Origin: Guillardia theta CCMP2712
Taxonomy: Eukaryota > Protista > Cryptophyta
Length of the DNA: 64,000 bases
Direction: 5' to 3'
NCBI RefSeq assembly: GCF_000315625.1
Contig: NW_005434662.1
Coordinates: 537,794 to 601,793, forward strand
Shown: positions 13,542 to 26,559 of the stretch, piece after piece
Layout of the letters: each line of letters starts with the position of its first letter
How positions within the stretch are numbered: the stretch's first letter is position 1
Notes under the pieces: model-generated
The model's input: only the letters and a program-made list of their open reading frames with translations
Databases searched by the model: none
What the model was told of the DNA's origin: nothing
Made by a program: the position numbers and the translations under genes

Positions 13542-14197
13542 GCCATGATTTTATAGGCAACCGCTCACTGCGGCGGCTACTACCAGACCTCTACCGTTGA
13601 AACAATTGACCCGACCGTTGCAGCAGTTTGACCACATACATGAAAAAGGAGTCGATTCGACCTTTTCTTTTTTTGACCATATCAACATCGTTTTTTTTCC
13701 ATCGGACCATATCAAGGGCACACTACTACTGTGACGGTGTGTAGAGCATCGTGGTCAGAGTGAAACAAGTTGAGAGAAAGGGAGTCCTCGAGATACTTTG
13801 ATGACGTTACGAAGAAGTTTAGACATCAGTCGCAGTGCAAGTTGGCATACTTTGTTCATTTTTCTATTCCATTTGACCAGTCTGCTCACCTTTACCCTCC
13901 TCAGACCGTGGATCTTCATGCTCTCAAGATAAGATCATGGTACGTCCTGCAGCTACAGAGGAAAACAAATTCATCGGGCTACATTTTGCACTTGCGGTGA
14001 GTGGGAACCAGAAAGAGGAGACTCATTTAGCACTCCGCTGAACGATTGGCAGGTCACCGTTCCAGTAACTAGCGTTACGCAACAAGTTGGCCACTGCATC
14101 ATAGCTCGGACTGGTCGCTACTCTATTTTCTCAGCTCTGCAAGAATGCTGTCCAACCATCATCAGGAGCGAGGAACCCTTCATAGGTCGCTACGGGA

Positions 14198-15269
14198 TGA
14201 CGGAGATGGAATTCAACAAGGTCTTGGAGAGGAATGGCTTTACCAAAGTCAGAGATCGGAAAGGAACGATTGGACCTGCTGCCGAAGACTGTAAGGACAG
14301 AGGATTCCTTTGAAGTTTGGCTGATTTTTGTCTCTTGCTGCAGCGATGAATCATTTCTTTATCGATCGCAGATGGAGGAACCCCGAGGTGGTCAAAGAGC
14401 GAGAAGAGCTAAAGCAGAGCTTCTTACAGCTGAGAGAATCTGCCCATGTGTTTGCTGGACAGTGCACAGTCGAACGATTCTTGACGATTTGCCACAATTA
14501 TTTTGTTCAGTGGGAGGCTCTGACCAGGTTCCATCATGATTGCAGGACAAAGGGCTCGCGGGGTTTGTCAAAACGGAATCTCTTGCCGAAGCCAATCGCG
14601 AATAAGCCAACCATCCTCCAGCTGAAATTTTCTTCGCCTAACTCCGCGTTCCAGCCCGTTATCAAACTGAAGCCACAGATGAGAACTTGGGGCATTCAAC
14701 CAATCGATTCCTTAACAGTCGTTTCGCCTGCAATCGTGTCAGAACAGGAAACGATAGATTCTTCTGATCAGGGGGCTAATATCTGCAGGGACTTTCTATG
14801 CTCAGAATACCAGCAGCAACATGCGCAGCAGCATCATACGCAGCATCAGCACGAGCAGCAGCAACATGCGCAGCAGCTGCACGAGCAGCAGCATGAGAGA
14901 CAGCAGCAGCAAGCGGAGCATGGGCAGCATGGGCAGACAGACCAGCAGCCTTCCGATCAGGCTGTATCAAATCAAGACAAGGAGCCTCGTCAACCCACCG
15001 ACTCTGAGGTCGCTGGGCTCGCAGCCATATGGAGGGAAACAGAAACGTTGAAACGAGGTTGGCACGAGGCACTGTGTTATCCTAAATGCTACAATCCCTT
15101 CGCCATGGCGCCGACCTCCATGCTGGTGCCTGCGGATCAGAAGCCCAAGCGATCACGGGGGAGGCCGCCCAAGCATGGCTCGGGAATGCACTGGCACACA
15201 GAGGAGCCACTTGTCTATCAAGTAGTTCACGGGCAAGTGCATCTGATGGGTGCAAAACAAGAGGCGTAA
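14198..15269 (+). CDS. Hypothetical nuclear protein with Q/H-rich tract and AT-hook (start uncertain)
   Basis: ORF 14328-15269 has a QQQHAQQHH tract and KRSRGRPPK. A probable upstream exon reads MTEMEFNKVLERNGFTKVRDR. Confidence 0.55.
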
Positions 15270-15521
15270 GCAATGAGATGTATCTGTTATAGACTCCACT
15301 TGGTTCCCTACACGTCTCGAAGCATCACAGACTCTCCTGCCTTCTCCGCGCCATGCCAAGTGAGATCGTCTGAGTTGATCAACCTCGGTCCACTGTTGAT
15401 TTTCCACCCCTACCCCCGATCACATACCTACCACCCCTTCTAAGATATGTTCAACACCCTACCAAAATACCCTAACCTACCCCACCCCACCTACCCTTCC
15501 CATTCTCCGCCGTCTGCCGCA

Positions 15522-16097
15522 ATGGACGGCTTCGCAGATTATGAGAGCGATGAGGAGGCACAGGCGCCAGCACCAGCAGCCATCCAGGACGAGGAGAGTG
15601 ACGAGGAAGAGGACGAAGATGCTGGAGCAGGGGAGAACGTAGAGCAGTCCAAGGGGGGGGAGGAGGAGGAGAGCAAGGAGGCGGAGAGCAAGAAGGAGGC
15701 AGCCCCCAAAAGGAAACTTCCTTCCGCCTTGGATGCACTGGCCTCTGGAGGAGCGAAGCCATCTTTCCTGAACACTGGAGGAGGCGACTTTGAAGTCGAG
15801 GAAGTGCATGTGAAGGACAAGGGTGACTCGAGCGACCGCCAGCAGGAGCAGCCGCAACTGAGCATCGCTGCTGCTACTCCCTCTTCAAACGACCCTGCAG
15901 AGTCAGCAGCTGGTGGGCTCAAGCAGTCATCAGATGCCGCGAGGAAGCGCAAGGGAGCAGGGGATGCTCTTGCAGGGCAGAAGAAGGATGTGAAAGAGAA
16001 AGTCAAGCAGCAACGTGTCCGTGGGCAGACACTTGGAGGCGAAACAAGGCGATGGAAATCGGAGGGAGAGATGTTGCTGAGACAGCAGTTCGACTGA
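15522..16097 (+). CDS. Acidic low-complexity protein with conserved C-terminus (RGQ...WKSEGEMLLRQQFD)
   Basis: Intronless ORF from ATG 15522. The C-terminal motif resembles a conserved uncharacterised plant/algal family. Confidence 0.75.
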   Translation: MDGFADYESDEEAQAPAPAAIQDEESDEEEDEDAGAGENVEQSKGGEEEESKEAESKKEAAPKRKLPSALDALASGGAKPSFLNTGGGDFEVEEVHVKDKGDSSDRQQEQPQLSIAAATPSSNDPAESAAGGLKQSSDAARKRKGAGDALAGQKKDVKEKVKQQRVRGQTLGGETRRWKSEGEMLLRQQFD

Positions 16098-16099
16098 CT

Positions 16100-17501
16100 T
16101 GGCTCTTCTTTGCAATAGATCCAAGTTTCCCAATACTTTGGTTTGATCTTGAGATGTGTTCGCAAAGGAAAGCAAACAATAAATACCTTTTGGTCCCTCT
16201 ACTACAACAACTTCATCACCTGCGTTGACTTTCAAACCATTTTCCAGAATTTTATGTTTTCCCTTCAAGACAGAGTTCCTGAAGTGTAAAATGAATATTC
16301 TAGCCAAGAACACCTGACACACAGTACCTGTGCTGTGTGATTTTCGATCGTCTTGTCACAACTCTGTGTTGTTGCATTGAGTCCATGCGAGGTGTCAGAT
16401 AAATGCGAAGAAAGAGGACGAGCCCTCCGATTCTCTTCCACAGTTTCATTCACTTCCTGAGAGCTGCTCCTGCTGCTCCCTGCTTGGCTCGGCAAGCACG
16501 ACCTTACAATGAGGCGTCAGCAAAAGCATCAGGGCCATAGAAGTGGACCACACCTCAAAAAAGTCTTCTGCAGTTTCCGTGTTTGCCGATTCGTATGTGC
16601 CATATCCACATGCCCCTCGATTCGGTGCTCGAAACAAGCAACCTGTGCTGTATGAGAGACAGCCTCCCACCACCTCTGAAGTCCTCAATCCTCCACTCAC
16701 CGCTAACCCATCGATCTCGCTACCAAAGCACGCTCTTTTTACGCATCCTTCTGGATACAAACACCTTCGATGGCGCAGATCCAGCATATCAGCGGTCTTG
16801 TGCTGAGCACACCACATTCTTGCATCCCCATCCACACACCCTTTGGCCCGATACCCGAAGGAAGGATTCTTGGTACAAGAGGGGAAAGCACACTTTGCGT
16901 TCTTAACATCAACACAATCGTCTGGCCGATGATGAGAGCAATACAAGGCCACTCCTGATTCTCGCTTCCCGAACACCGGGCGCTTTTTGCATCCTTTCGA
17001 GATGCATGTCGGGTTCACCACGTCCACAAACGTGGCAGGCTTGTGCTGCAAGCAAAACATCGCACACCTGCCAGGGGCGCCCACGGGACCGAAGGTAGCC
17101 TTCTTGGCGCAGGTCTGACACTTCCCACGGAGAGAGGTCAAGGAGATGGTATCAGAATTCCCAGCGCATCTGACAGCTTTGACATGCTCTAGACACAAGA
17201 ACGCTTTCCACCTTCGCTCCCCCTCAGCCCCGACGACGCCATACGAGATATCTGGTGATTTGCACAAACAACATGCCCTCAGGATGACGTGCCTATCATC
17301 AAAATCCCCAGAATTGGTGTCTGGCTGCAGCATCGAATCCCCACCGTCGCTGGATATGGTTGGCTGTGTGCGATTGCAACGTTGGGGAGCAGGATCAACC
17401 TGTAGGAGATCTACCTTTGGGATTGAGATCTCATTGATTGCCGATTGAGCTATCCACAAGTACGTGAGGAGATGGAGCAAGACCCTCATTGAAGCAGACA
17501 T
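16100..17501 (-). CDS. EsV-1-7-type cysteine-rich repeat protein with N-terminal signal peptide; 3' exons approximate
   Basis: Repeats C-x2-4-C-x-K-x-P/A-x-FG...YC/FC-x2-H-K...VDV (CQTCAKKATFG...FCLQHKPATFVDV, CISKGCKKRPVFG...YCSHHRPDDCVDV). The N-terminus MRVLLHLLTYLWIAQSA is hydrophobic. Confidence 0.8.
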
Positions 17502-18200
17502 GGGCTTTCCTCCGATCAGAGGTAGGTTTCATCCCTGAAAACTGCGGGGGCTGGTTGAGGAGGAGCTTGCGTTGTGAGCGCCCATGACACAACGTGCCGC
17601 TTCACAAGACGAGAGCGACTCTGTCGTCCTCACCTATCGTCTTGATCACTTCGTCTTTACAGCATGAACTGATGCATCTATCCTGCTCCTGCTCCTGCTC
17701 CTGCTCCACTTCTTATGCTATCCGGTCGCATCCTGGGCTTTCCTTGCTTTCGCCCCCATCGACATCGAAGAGGGTGGGTACATGGATAAGGGGTTAGTCC
17801 CCATTACCATGATGTACCCCTTGTGGGAATATCTTTGCATCCAAATGGAGTTTTGGGGGTTCAGAAGAAAGAGGGTAGGGTGAAGACATTCTAGGTACTT
17901 AAAATGAGGGGGTAGGGGGTAGAAAGTCATTCAGACTGAGGAATCGGACGTCGTTTTAGCGAGTTTGTCGGCAAGACAAGGAAACTTGTAGCTTGACTTG
18001 TTCATTGGGATTCCGACAGGAGCGCACAGTGTTCTCAGTTGTCTGCCCGTCAATGGAGATCGCGCACTGCGTCGGAGCAGCTCCTCAGCAGACAGCTTCG
18101 GCCTTGCCGCCCCACTGTCATAAGGAGAAGAATGGGTCGAGCTGAGCCGGCATCTCACGCAGCCAGTACTCGCCACCCTTCCCTATCCTCATGTTCTGCG

Positions 18201-20465
18201 TTATCTGCTCATACCGTCACTCTGCAAGCCCGACGAGCAAAGAACGCAACTTACCCCTGTGTCCCATACGACCATGGCGGTACTTCCATGGTGGACCTGA
18301 GTGACGGTTCCTGGACCCTGGCACGGGATCCCGTTGGATACCCGGACGCGCTGCCCAAACCTTCCCATCAGGTCCCTCCCAATGACCCGGGGATCGTCGA
18401 GCTCAGCGGAGTTCTCGAACCCGCTGCTGTGTTGCCTCTTCTCGAGCTCCTCAAACATCTTGTCGGCAAGTTCGTGGAAGTCTTGACTGCTGATCCTGGG
18501 GATCTCTCGGGAGGATTGCAGGATCCTCTCCGGATCGAGTTCCATCGATTCCATGTGGGTCAGGATGAAGAGCAGGCCCTCGAAGTCCGCGTCTAGCAGC
18601 TTAGCGGAGATGGACTTGAGGATGGCGATCGAGATGGACACCAGCGATCCCACGCCCTCGAAGAAGAGGATGTCCCACAGGTGGCACACTGTGTCGAACC
18701 TCAAGAAGGACGTGAATAGCGTCATCCACCATTCGAGCAGAAAAAGCTTCAGGTCGATCTTGACCCTGCTTATGTGCGCGTACACCTTGGGGAGGTGCTT
18801 GGCAAGGAAGACTTTGAAGGCCATCAGGTAGCTGTGGATGCGGCCCATGTTCATGTGAAACAAGTTCTGAAACAGCTGATTGTCGAGGATGTTGATGAAC
18901 GACACAAAGGTCTCCTCCAAGCTTGTGTGCAGCAGCAGCACACCCGCTATTGACCCCATCCCCTGAACGTAGCCCATCCCGGGGTCATAGAGGACGAATG
19001 CTTCGAGGACCCGCCTGAGATTTTCTGTGTAGCTGCCTCCTTCGCTGAAGATTTTCAACCTCGGGAGAGTTCGAATGAGGTCGAGACGCACTTGGATGAA
19101 ATTTGTCAGGATGGAATCAGACTGGGATTGAGCGGTATCGTCGTTCTCCGTCGTTCGAGCTCCAGTTTCTCCCGCAGACTGGTGCTTGCCGTCAAGTAGC
19201 ATTGACTCCATGGCTTTCTTGTCTTGTAGTGCTATGGCCGAGTGCAGATCTCTTGCTCTAGCATCGTAGGTGCAGAAATCGTTGATGTCTATTCCCTTCT
19301 TGTTGCCGATCGCAACCATCCACGCAGTTCCCCGGAGACTTGGGGGAATGCCCTGGAAAAGAACTTTATGGACAGTCCTTTGCACCTTGTATTCCTCCAG
19401 AGCGTTCATGATCTCCTGCTCTCTGCTTTGAACTCTCTTCGCTATCAAGTCTCGATACCTCTCCAAGACATTGTGGATTGATTTCAAATCCAGATCGTTG
19501 CAGAAATGAATATTCTGTTCGCTGGACAAGAATTTCAGATCCGGGTTGTGGTAAGATTGCCTGTTTTCCTCAACTTTTGAAACTGCCTGCGACAAGAATT
19601 CCACAAAGAGGCTCAAATCCGCTGGCCCATGATATGACTCTGTACAGATTTTTAGAGGGTGGTAAAGCACAACGAGCCTCGACTCGTGGAAGTCTATAGG
19701 AGGGACTGACTTGACCAGTCGCTTCAACACCTTGCACTGGTTGATGTCGACGAAGGTGAATCTCAGCGCACCAAAGAAGATGCGAGAGAGAATGAGAAAC
19801 CAGTCAGGCGGATCGCTGCGGGTCATGAACATCAAGACGGTCGGGAACTGGATGTGCTTCCTCGTGAAGAGGTAGCTGAAATCGACTTCCTTGTCTATCC
19901 TCTCGACGAAGCCATCCTTGCTGAGGTACCCCAGGATCTCGTTGTCCAGAGAGTGGATCGAGATGAAGATTGCCAGCGGGAGAAACTTGGGCTTCCCTCG
20001 ATAGGGAATGATCACGGTGTCGGAGCCCTTCCCCAGCAGCAGGATGATATCAGGTTTCTCTCTGCAGTTTTGCTCGTTCTTGATGGTGAGCTTCGAGTAG
20101 AGATGGTCTTGCCAGACAGACTTCGCATGTACTTCGCTGTCTTTGAGAATGCCGAAGAAAACCCTCCTGCGGAATGCACGGGCAGCACGGGAGAACTGCT
20201 GGCGCGGAAAGTTGGTCCACGGGAACATGAGCAGTCTCGGGAGCCGAGAGTTCTTCAAGTAAAGGTCATTCGTTCCGAACGACTCGTCCCTCCAGTCTGC
20301 ACTCAGAAAGTCCTCGAAGTCACAATCATGCACAACCCCATCCGCAGTAGTGGCCGTGCTGCCTGCTTCCGGCGAACATGCCGAATCCCAAGACTCGTTC
20401 AGGTCGTCATGAGCTTGATCTACCACCGTCTCCATCCTCTCAAGGAGCCGCCAACGTGAACTCAC
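18201..20465 (-). CDS. TBC/Rab-GAP domain protein with N-terminal thioredoxin-like region
   Basis: GIPPSLRGTAW, QVRLDLIRT (Arg finger), GYVQGMGSIAGVLL (Gln finger), EWWMTLFT, HLWDILFFEG. Confidence 0.88.
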   Translation of the reverse strand: MSSRWRLLERMETVVDQAHDDLNESWDSACSPEAGSTATTADGVVHDCDFEDFLSADWRDESFGTNDLYLKNSRLPRLLMFPWTNFPRQQFSRAARAFRRRVFFGILKDSEVHAKSVWQDHLYSKLTIKNEQNCREKPDIILLLGKGSDTVIIPYRGKPKFLPLAIFISIHSLDNEILGYLSKDGFVERIDKEVDFSYLFTRKHIQFPTVLMFMTRSDPPDWFLILSRIFFGALRFTFVDINQCKVLKRLVKSVPPIDFHESRLVVLYHPLKICTESYHGPADLSLFVEFLSQAVSKVEENRQSYHNPDLKFLSSEQNIHFCNDLDLKSIHNVLERYRDLIAKRVQSREQEIMNALEEYKVQRTVHKVLFQGIPPSLRGTAWMVAIGNKKGIDINDFCTYDARARDLHSAIALQDKKAMESMLLDGKHQSAGETGARTTENDDTAQSQSDSILTNFIQVRLDLIRTLPRLKIFSEGGSYTENLRRVLEAFVLYDPGMGYVQGMGSIAGVLLLHTSLEETFVSFINILDNQLFQNLFHMNMGRIHSYLMAFKVFLAKHLPKVYAHISRVKIDLKLFLLEWWMTLFTSFLRFDTVCHLWDILFFEGVGSLVSISIAILKSISAKLLDADFEGLLFILTHMESMELDPERILQSSREIPRISSQDFHELADKMFEELEKRQHSSGFENSAELDDPRVIGRDLMGRFGQRVRVSNGIPCQGPGTVTQVHHGSTAMVVWDTGVSCVLCSSGLQSDGMSR

Positions 20466-20760
20466 CGGCTCGACGAGCTTCTTAACGATTCCCTACTTGC
20501 CCTATGAGTTGGCTCGGTTTCTCCTGCTTACACCATCCCCTATCCGCTCCCTCTCACAGCGCTCTTCGGGCACGTTCCAATCCTCCTGGGCTCTCCAAAC
20601 ATGCCTTTAGAGCATCTGGCAGCTTCCAGACTCCGCTCCTGCTTTTCTTACCGTCAGTATACATCGCTCCCTTCATCTCCATCATGATCGCCCTCGTCAT
20701 CGTCGGCTCGCAGGTTGCCGCATCGCAGGCAGCATTGTCGGCAGGAGCGAAACCGTCCCA

Positions 20761-22254
20761 ATGTACCCTCGTCCCCGCTCAACCCGATGGTTAGCCCTCA
20801 TCTCCGCCCCTGCTCCCTCCTCTCCCCGACAGCACGCGCATGTGGCTTCGCAAGGCAGTCCGCGCAGAGCTCGCTTCCTTCCCGATCGGTCGATCGCGAT
20901 CATGCGGGATTGTCGGCATGCCGAATGTCGGGAAGTCTACCCTGTTCAACGCCCTCACCAACACTCAAGCTGCTCAAGCTGCAAATTATCCGTTCTGTAC
21001 CATCGACCCCAACGGTGACTGACTTTGCTCGCCTGTTTCGAGTGAGAGTGAACGCATGCACAGTGGGAAAGGTCGCTATCCCCGACATGAGACTTGAAAA
21101 GCTGGCCAAGGTTGCTGCAAGTGCGAAGATCATTGGTACATGGCGCTCCGATGAACAAGGGACTGATCTATTAACAGGGGCACAACTCGAATTCGTCGAC
21201 ATTGCCGGACTGGTGAAAGGAGCAAGCGAAGGAGCAGGTCTGGGGAACAAATTCCTATCGCACATACGTCAGGTATTACTTCACTTCCTGCTGGGAATCG
21301 AAGGGCGCTGAAGAACGGAGTTCTCAGGTTTCCATGATTGTGCAGCTAGTGCGATGCTTCGATGACAGCAGCCGAGAGATCATCACGCATGTGGACGGCA
21401 GCGTCGATCCTGTCAGGCATGCCCCCTGTTTTGGCTCTTCTACCACTGCTGACCTCTGGTGTGAAGAGACATCGAGACGATCGAGACTGAGCTCCTCCTG
21501 GCCGATATCCAGACACTGTCCAAGAAGGACGGGAACTCAAAGAAGTCCGCCAACGAGCAGGAGCTAGCTGCCAGGATCCTGAAGGACCTTGACAAGGGGA
21601 TTCCTGCACGGAAGTTCATCCTCCAGCCCGAGGAAGTTGCCTCCTTCAGAAACTTCTCACTCCTCACCGGCAAACCCATGCTCATAGTGTGCAACGTTCC
21701 AGACTCGCAGCTGTCAGGCAACAAGTACACCGAGGCCGTTCAACAGCTGCTCCAGAAACGCAAGAGCGAAGATCCCGAATACGTGGAGGAACAAGGGGAT
21801 GTCATCAACGTCTGCTCGAAGCTGGAGGAAGAGGTTTCCTTGATGGACGACCCAGAGAGCAGGGAGCAAATCTTGCAGGAGTATGGATTGGAGAAGACGG
21901 GATTGTCGAAGATCGTGGCAGAGAGTAATCGGAGATTGGGTTTGCAAACATACTACACTGTCGGGCCACAGGAAGCCAGGGCATGGCAGTTTCCGGAAGG
22001 CATGCTCGCGCCTCAAGCAGCCGGCATCATCCATACAGACTTTGAGAAGGGTTTCATCAAGGTAAGGAGAGGGTTTGCTCCGAATCCCAGCACGGCTCAC
22101 CCCGCCACATTTTCAGGCTGAAACGATCAGTTATGATGACTACATCGCATGTGGGGGTGAGCAAGGAGCAAAGGAAGCCGGGAAGCTCCGCCTGGAGGGG
22201 AAGGAGTACGTTTGCCAGGACGGGGATATATTCCACTTCAAGTTCAATGTGTGA
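20761..22254 (+). CDS. ychF: YchF/EngD (OLA1-family) ribosome-binding ATPase/GTPase, probably organelle-targeted; start approximate
   Basis: [99 protein letters not shown]. Confidence 0.93.
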
Positions 22255-22299
22255 CGAAGAGAAATGAAGGGAAGACGATCGGATGTCTCTTGTGAGGGA

Positions 22300-22984
22300 T
22301 GAGAGTTCAGTGTTTGCGACCCCCAGCCTACATGAAGATCGCTGGGGATGCCGCATACACAACAGGGGGGCCCTCGTGGACGTCTCCATCCCTGAAGTAG
22401 TCGTTGGTGCTGTTCCATCATGTTAGCTCGCCGGCTCCTCTCACCACCAGCATGCACGCAATACCTGTTGACGGGAGCGCATCCAAACATGCCGGCAATC
22501 GCACATGGGCCGTTGACGCTGTCTCCGACGCCTCCCCACTCAGGAGGGACGCCAGTGTCGCCCGCATGGTGACCCTTGACTTGATCGTCATGCACGAGCG
22601 ACGCTAAGAAGGAGAGAGGTCACCGCAAGGTATTCGTCCACCGTCTGAAGCTGATTGAACGGACGTCCGAGAGGGACCAGGATATATTGAAGCATCTGCA
22701 AACAACAGTGACCTCTACATCTTCCACCCATTCTATCAGAGCATGATTATGAATTTTGATATTGAACGGTATGTTTTCTGCAACACTAAACTGAGTGTAG
22801 CTCATAAACCAAGCCTTGCTGCTGTTCATATTCTCAGTCTGACTACAATCATGAGTGCCGGGTCTCCAACTCGGCTGCCAAGTTTATATGCCCATGTAAG
22901 CATGTGAGCTACGCCCTCTCGTCTGCTGCTCTGCCACGTTCTGCTCCTCCTGCCTTCGCGCCTCTTCGTTCTCAACACGTCCAT
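22300..22984 (-). CDS. Hypothetical multi-exon protein
   Basis: ATG at about 22984, GT-AG introns and exon-sized ORFs (22620-22829). No family recognised. Confidence 0.3.
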
Positions 22985-23391
22985 GCCACCATCTGATCCC
23001 TCCGCCGCCTGTTCGGGAATGACTATTCCCGATCATAGCGGAATGACTATTTCTCAGCCCGCCTCAGCTGATGTGTCGACTAGAGCTTTCACAACGGGGA
23101 ACTTCCGAACTTTCACAAATTGAAACTGAAACACTGACAGGGCCTCGGCCTCGGAGAGCACAGGGACAGCCTCGGACAGATGATCGGACAGACCGCCGGA
23201 AGTTGTGTATTCCTTTCTCACAGGTTAAAATCATCTATTCAATCATAGGTACGCAAAAAAATTCACAAATACTGCAGATACAAGGCAAGCGTGTCTCAGG
23301 CTACCTTGTCCGCGCAAAAATAAAAAAAATGTGACATGTGGCTAATGTTTGATCTGAAGTTGCCCGCGGCATCAAAATTATGTACACGATT

Positions 23392-25255
23392 TCATTTGTT
23401 GCAAGATTCGATTGCCAGAATCCACTTTGACCGATCAGTTTCTGAAACACAAGCGCACTCAAAAGTTCTGCGCTTCATGTTATCGCGAATAGTCAGTTCC
23501 CAGTGATTTCCGCTCCCTGCCTTTGGCTGAGCAAGACATGATTTCAAGGAGATGCATCCCTGAGGATCCTGGCCCGCAGCAAAGGCATCAGAGCTGACAT
23601 AATACTCCAATGATGTCCCCGACAGTACAAAGAAGCGGTCCCTCCAGGAAGAATTGTACCACCCTCGCTTCTTCATCCAGCCTGTGTATTTGGGCGATCC
23701 TTTCTTCGCCGATTCTCTACAAGAAAAAACATCAGTGATGAACTATGCTCAGAGCAAAGAATGCAGAAAAAAAAACTCACTCTTCAGTAAAAATCGTGGG
23801 TCTTCTGTCAATTGCTTTGCGTCTGTTTTCAGGCTCAAAACAAGAAATTCCCTGATAAACAAGTGTTTTTACCTGTCATCCTCTACGATCTGTTTCAAGT
23901 GATCGATCCATGATTTCATTTGAAACTCGTCACTGCATCGACATTCATACGTCCTCTTCTTGACATTATCTCGAATGACGAAAACACTGGAATCATCTTT
24001 GTCACGCTCCACGTTGCATCCCGAAAGAAGTATCGTTCCCCTTGGAGATAGACCATTTTGATACGAGTCGGAGTTTGCGTAGTAGTCTAGACTCCTATTC
24101 TGCCTCAAGACGAAATATCGGCCTTGCCATGCAGTGTTGAACCATCCTCGCTTTTTCAACCAGCCTTCGTGCATTGTGGAGGAAGTCCTGCACAAATGAT
24201 TAAACAGATATAATTTCCTCATGGCTATCTTCAGGAAACAGGATAATTACACTTACATGTCATTTGGCAACATCTTTTGAGAGTTGTTCTGCCTCTGGTT
24301 TGATTCCCAACTAAATAAGTTGGTGAGAGAGCTGCTTCGTTGAATGGTGGAGCTGCCCCTTGGCGATTCGGATACAGACGGGGAAGGAGTATCAGGAGGC
24401 TGATAAAGGAGAAAATGAGATGAAAAAAACACAATAAATCAAATGGAAAAATCTAAAATGACTCACAGAGTCTTTCCATCTTGACTGCATTTTTTCCGTG
24501 AAAGAAAACGAGCTCACTCGACCAGTGTCACATTTTTTCACCAATCTCCCATCGAACAAGCTGTTGAAGTACGGGCACCAGCATTTTCTACAAAAAACAA
24601 AATGAAAATTAGGAGACGATCGATAAAAAGTAAGAAGGTACCTGTGCTCAGGTGAAAGAGAGATCACAATTTCATGCAGCAAAGCAGCTTCATCCCTTCG
24701 ATCCTGCCGGACCAACAAAGCACTCTGATGATCGAGGGTGCGTACGTGCTTCGGATTGAGAACAAGAGACTTTTCAAAGCATTCTTCAGCACCATATAAA
24801 TCATCGAAATCTTCAAGCAGCAACAGACCCAAATAGGCTAATGTACTGCATTTGAGCTCTTGATCGCATTCCATTGAAAGTGCGGTTTCGTAATGCATTT
24901 TGGCAGCATCGCGTCGTTTCACTTCATGCTCAAGTCTGCCGAGATTGAAAATAATCTTTGGTCTCTCTGGGTCTACCTTCAAAGCGTGGAGATAGAGAGT
25001 TCTGGCTGCATCGAATTGACCAGTCCGATGGTTAATGACCGCAAGCGAATGGAGCGCCTTCACATCGGTCTCGTTATTACACAAAATTCTGCAGAAAATC
25101 TCAGAAGCTTCTTCTAGTCTCTTCTCCGATATCAATTTTTCAGCTTGGACGTGCAGTTTTGCATTGTCTAGTTGTTCTTTTCCTCGAATGAACGAAGATT
25201 GATTCAGGTTGAGTTTTACTTCCATGTTGGGGCTCACGATAGGAGCAAGCGACAT
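23392..25255 (-). CDS. TPR-repeat protein with two C-terminal PH domains
   Basis: TPRs (ALHSLAVINH...YLHALKVDPE, AEECFEKSLVLNPKH). Two PH domains: HEGWLKKRGWFNTAWQGRYFVL...WIDHL and GWMKKRGWYNSSWRDRFFVL...KWILAI. Confidence 0.82.
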
Positions 25256-26559
25256 CTTTGATTCTGTTCAATCGTCCAAAAGGGGTAATGTAATCCAGGT
25301 TGATTGCTAGCTAAATGTCGCACGATTGAGTCTGCTATCGAAGCAACAGCGACATGAACCAGCAAACAAAGCTAAATGGTAACAAAGTGACAGCCTGGCT
25401 GTACCTATGGGAGGCAGTTGATGGCAAGCTAACAAGAATCAGAAGTGGATAAGAGGGGAGAGGGAGGGAGTGATGAGGCCAGAGAGGGAGAGGAGGTGGC
25501 TGAGAGGGGTCAGGACGGGAGAGCGCGTGGCAAGAGAGCGAGAACCAGAGGGAAGGCGATTGCGGGAGGTGCTGTGGAAGTGAAGGAGGGGTTAGGGGTC
25601 CTTTCAAATAGGTGGGGTGGGTCAACATAGAAACAATTTGAGGTGGGGTGGGTCGGTAGTTCTGTACCCTTTGATTCCAGATGGGGTACCATGACCCGGA
25701 GGGACGACCAAGTGTCGTGGAGTGAAGAAATTTCTCATAGGCCACATAGGAAAAAAACAGGAGAAAGTGAAGCTAGTCAAGAGGGTGAACAGAAGGTCGG
25801 GTGGAAACTACGGCGAGAGGGTACTGTCATCCTTTTGGGTAGTCTGGGAGGTAGGGGCTTGAGATGCTAGTTTTGGGGTAGGGGTGGGGGTTGTATGAAC
25901 GAACAATCCGCGTACTTTTGGGGAACGAGTGGTAAGACTACCCTACCACTTTCTCCGACTCAAGACAGTTTAAAGAGGGGGTAGGGGTCCACCAACATTC
26001 CTCAAGAAGGCAGGAGGCTGGACCCGTTTTTGCAAAAAACTCTGCCACGTTCCACCCCACCCCTCACTGTTCAGCTGACCCTACCCTGTGTCTCCGAGTG
26101 AAGCTTTCAGAACGACGTGGTTAAGTGGGGGTAGGGTACCTCACCCCCTCGGATATGAACGAGGCTCACTGATGAACCCTACCACTACATTCTGGGGAGG
26201 ACAAGAGATTCTGATATGTACCCCCACCCCCTTTCTGAATATGAATCATACGGGTATTTCATGCGTCACCATCTCCATTTTTCCCCGGATAGTCTGCTCT
26301 GCGCCAACAGCTGCATTCCTCAGTTCGCACATTGTAAAAATTTAGTTGTGGTACAGTTTTAAAAGGTAATAAAATAGAATTTGGCACAGAATTTGCAACT
26401 CGAACAGTACTATGCATGGTTTTACTAAGATAATTCATGGTACTAAACCAAAAACAAGGGTTCGTCTACGTACTATTTAAAATTATAATACCTTTTCCAA
26501 TTCGTGACCTTCAAGTTCCCTTGGACGACTGGTTTTTTTTTCACCGTTCCCTTCACGGT

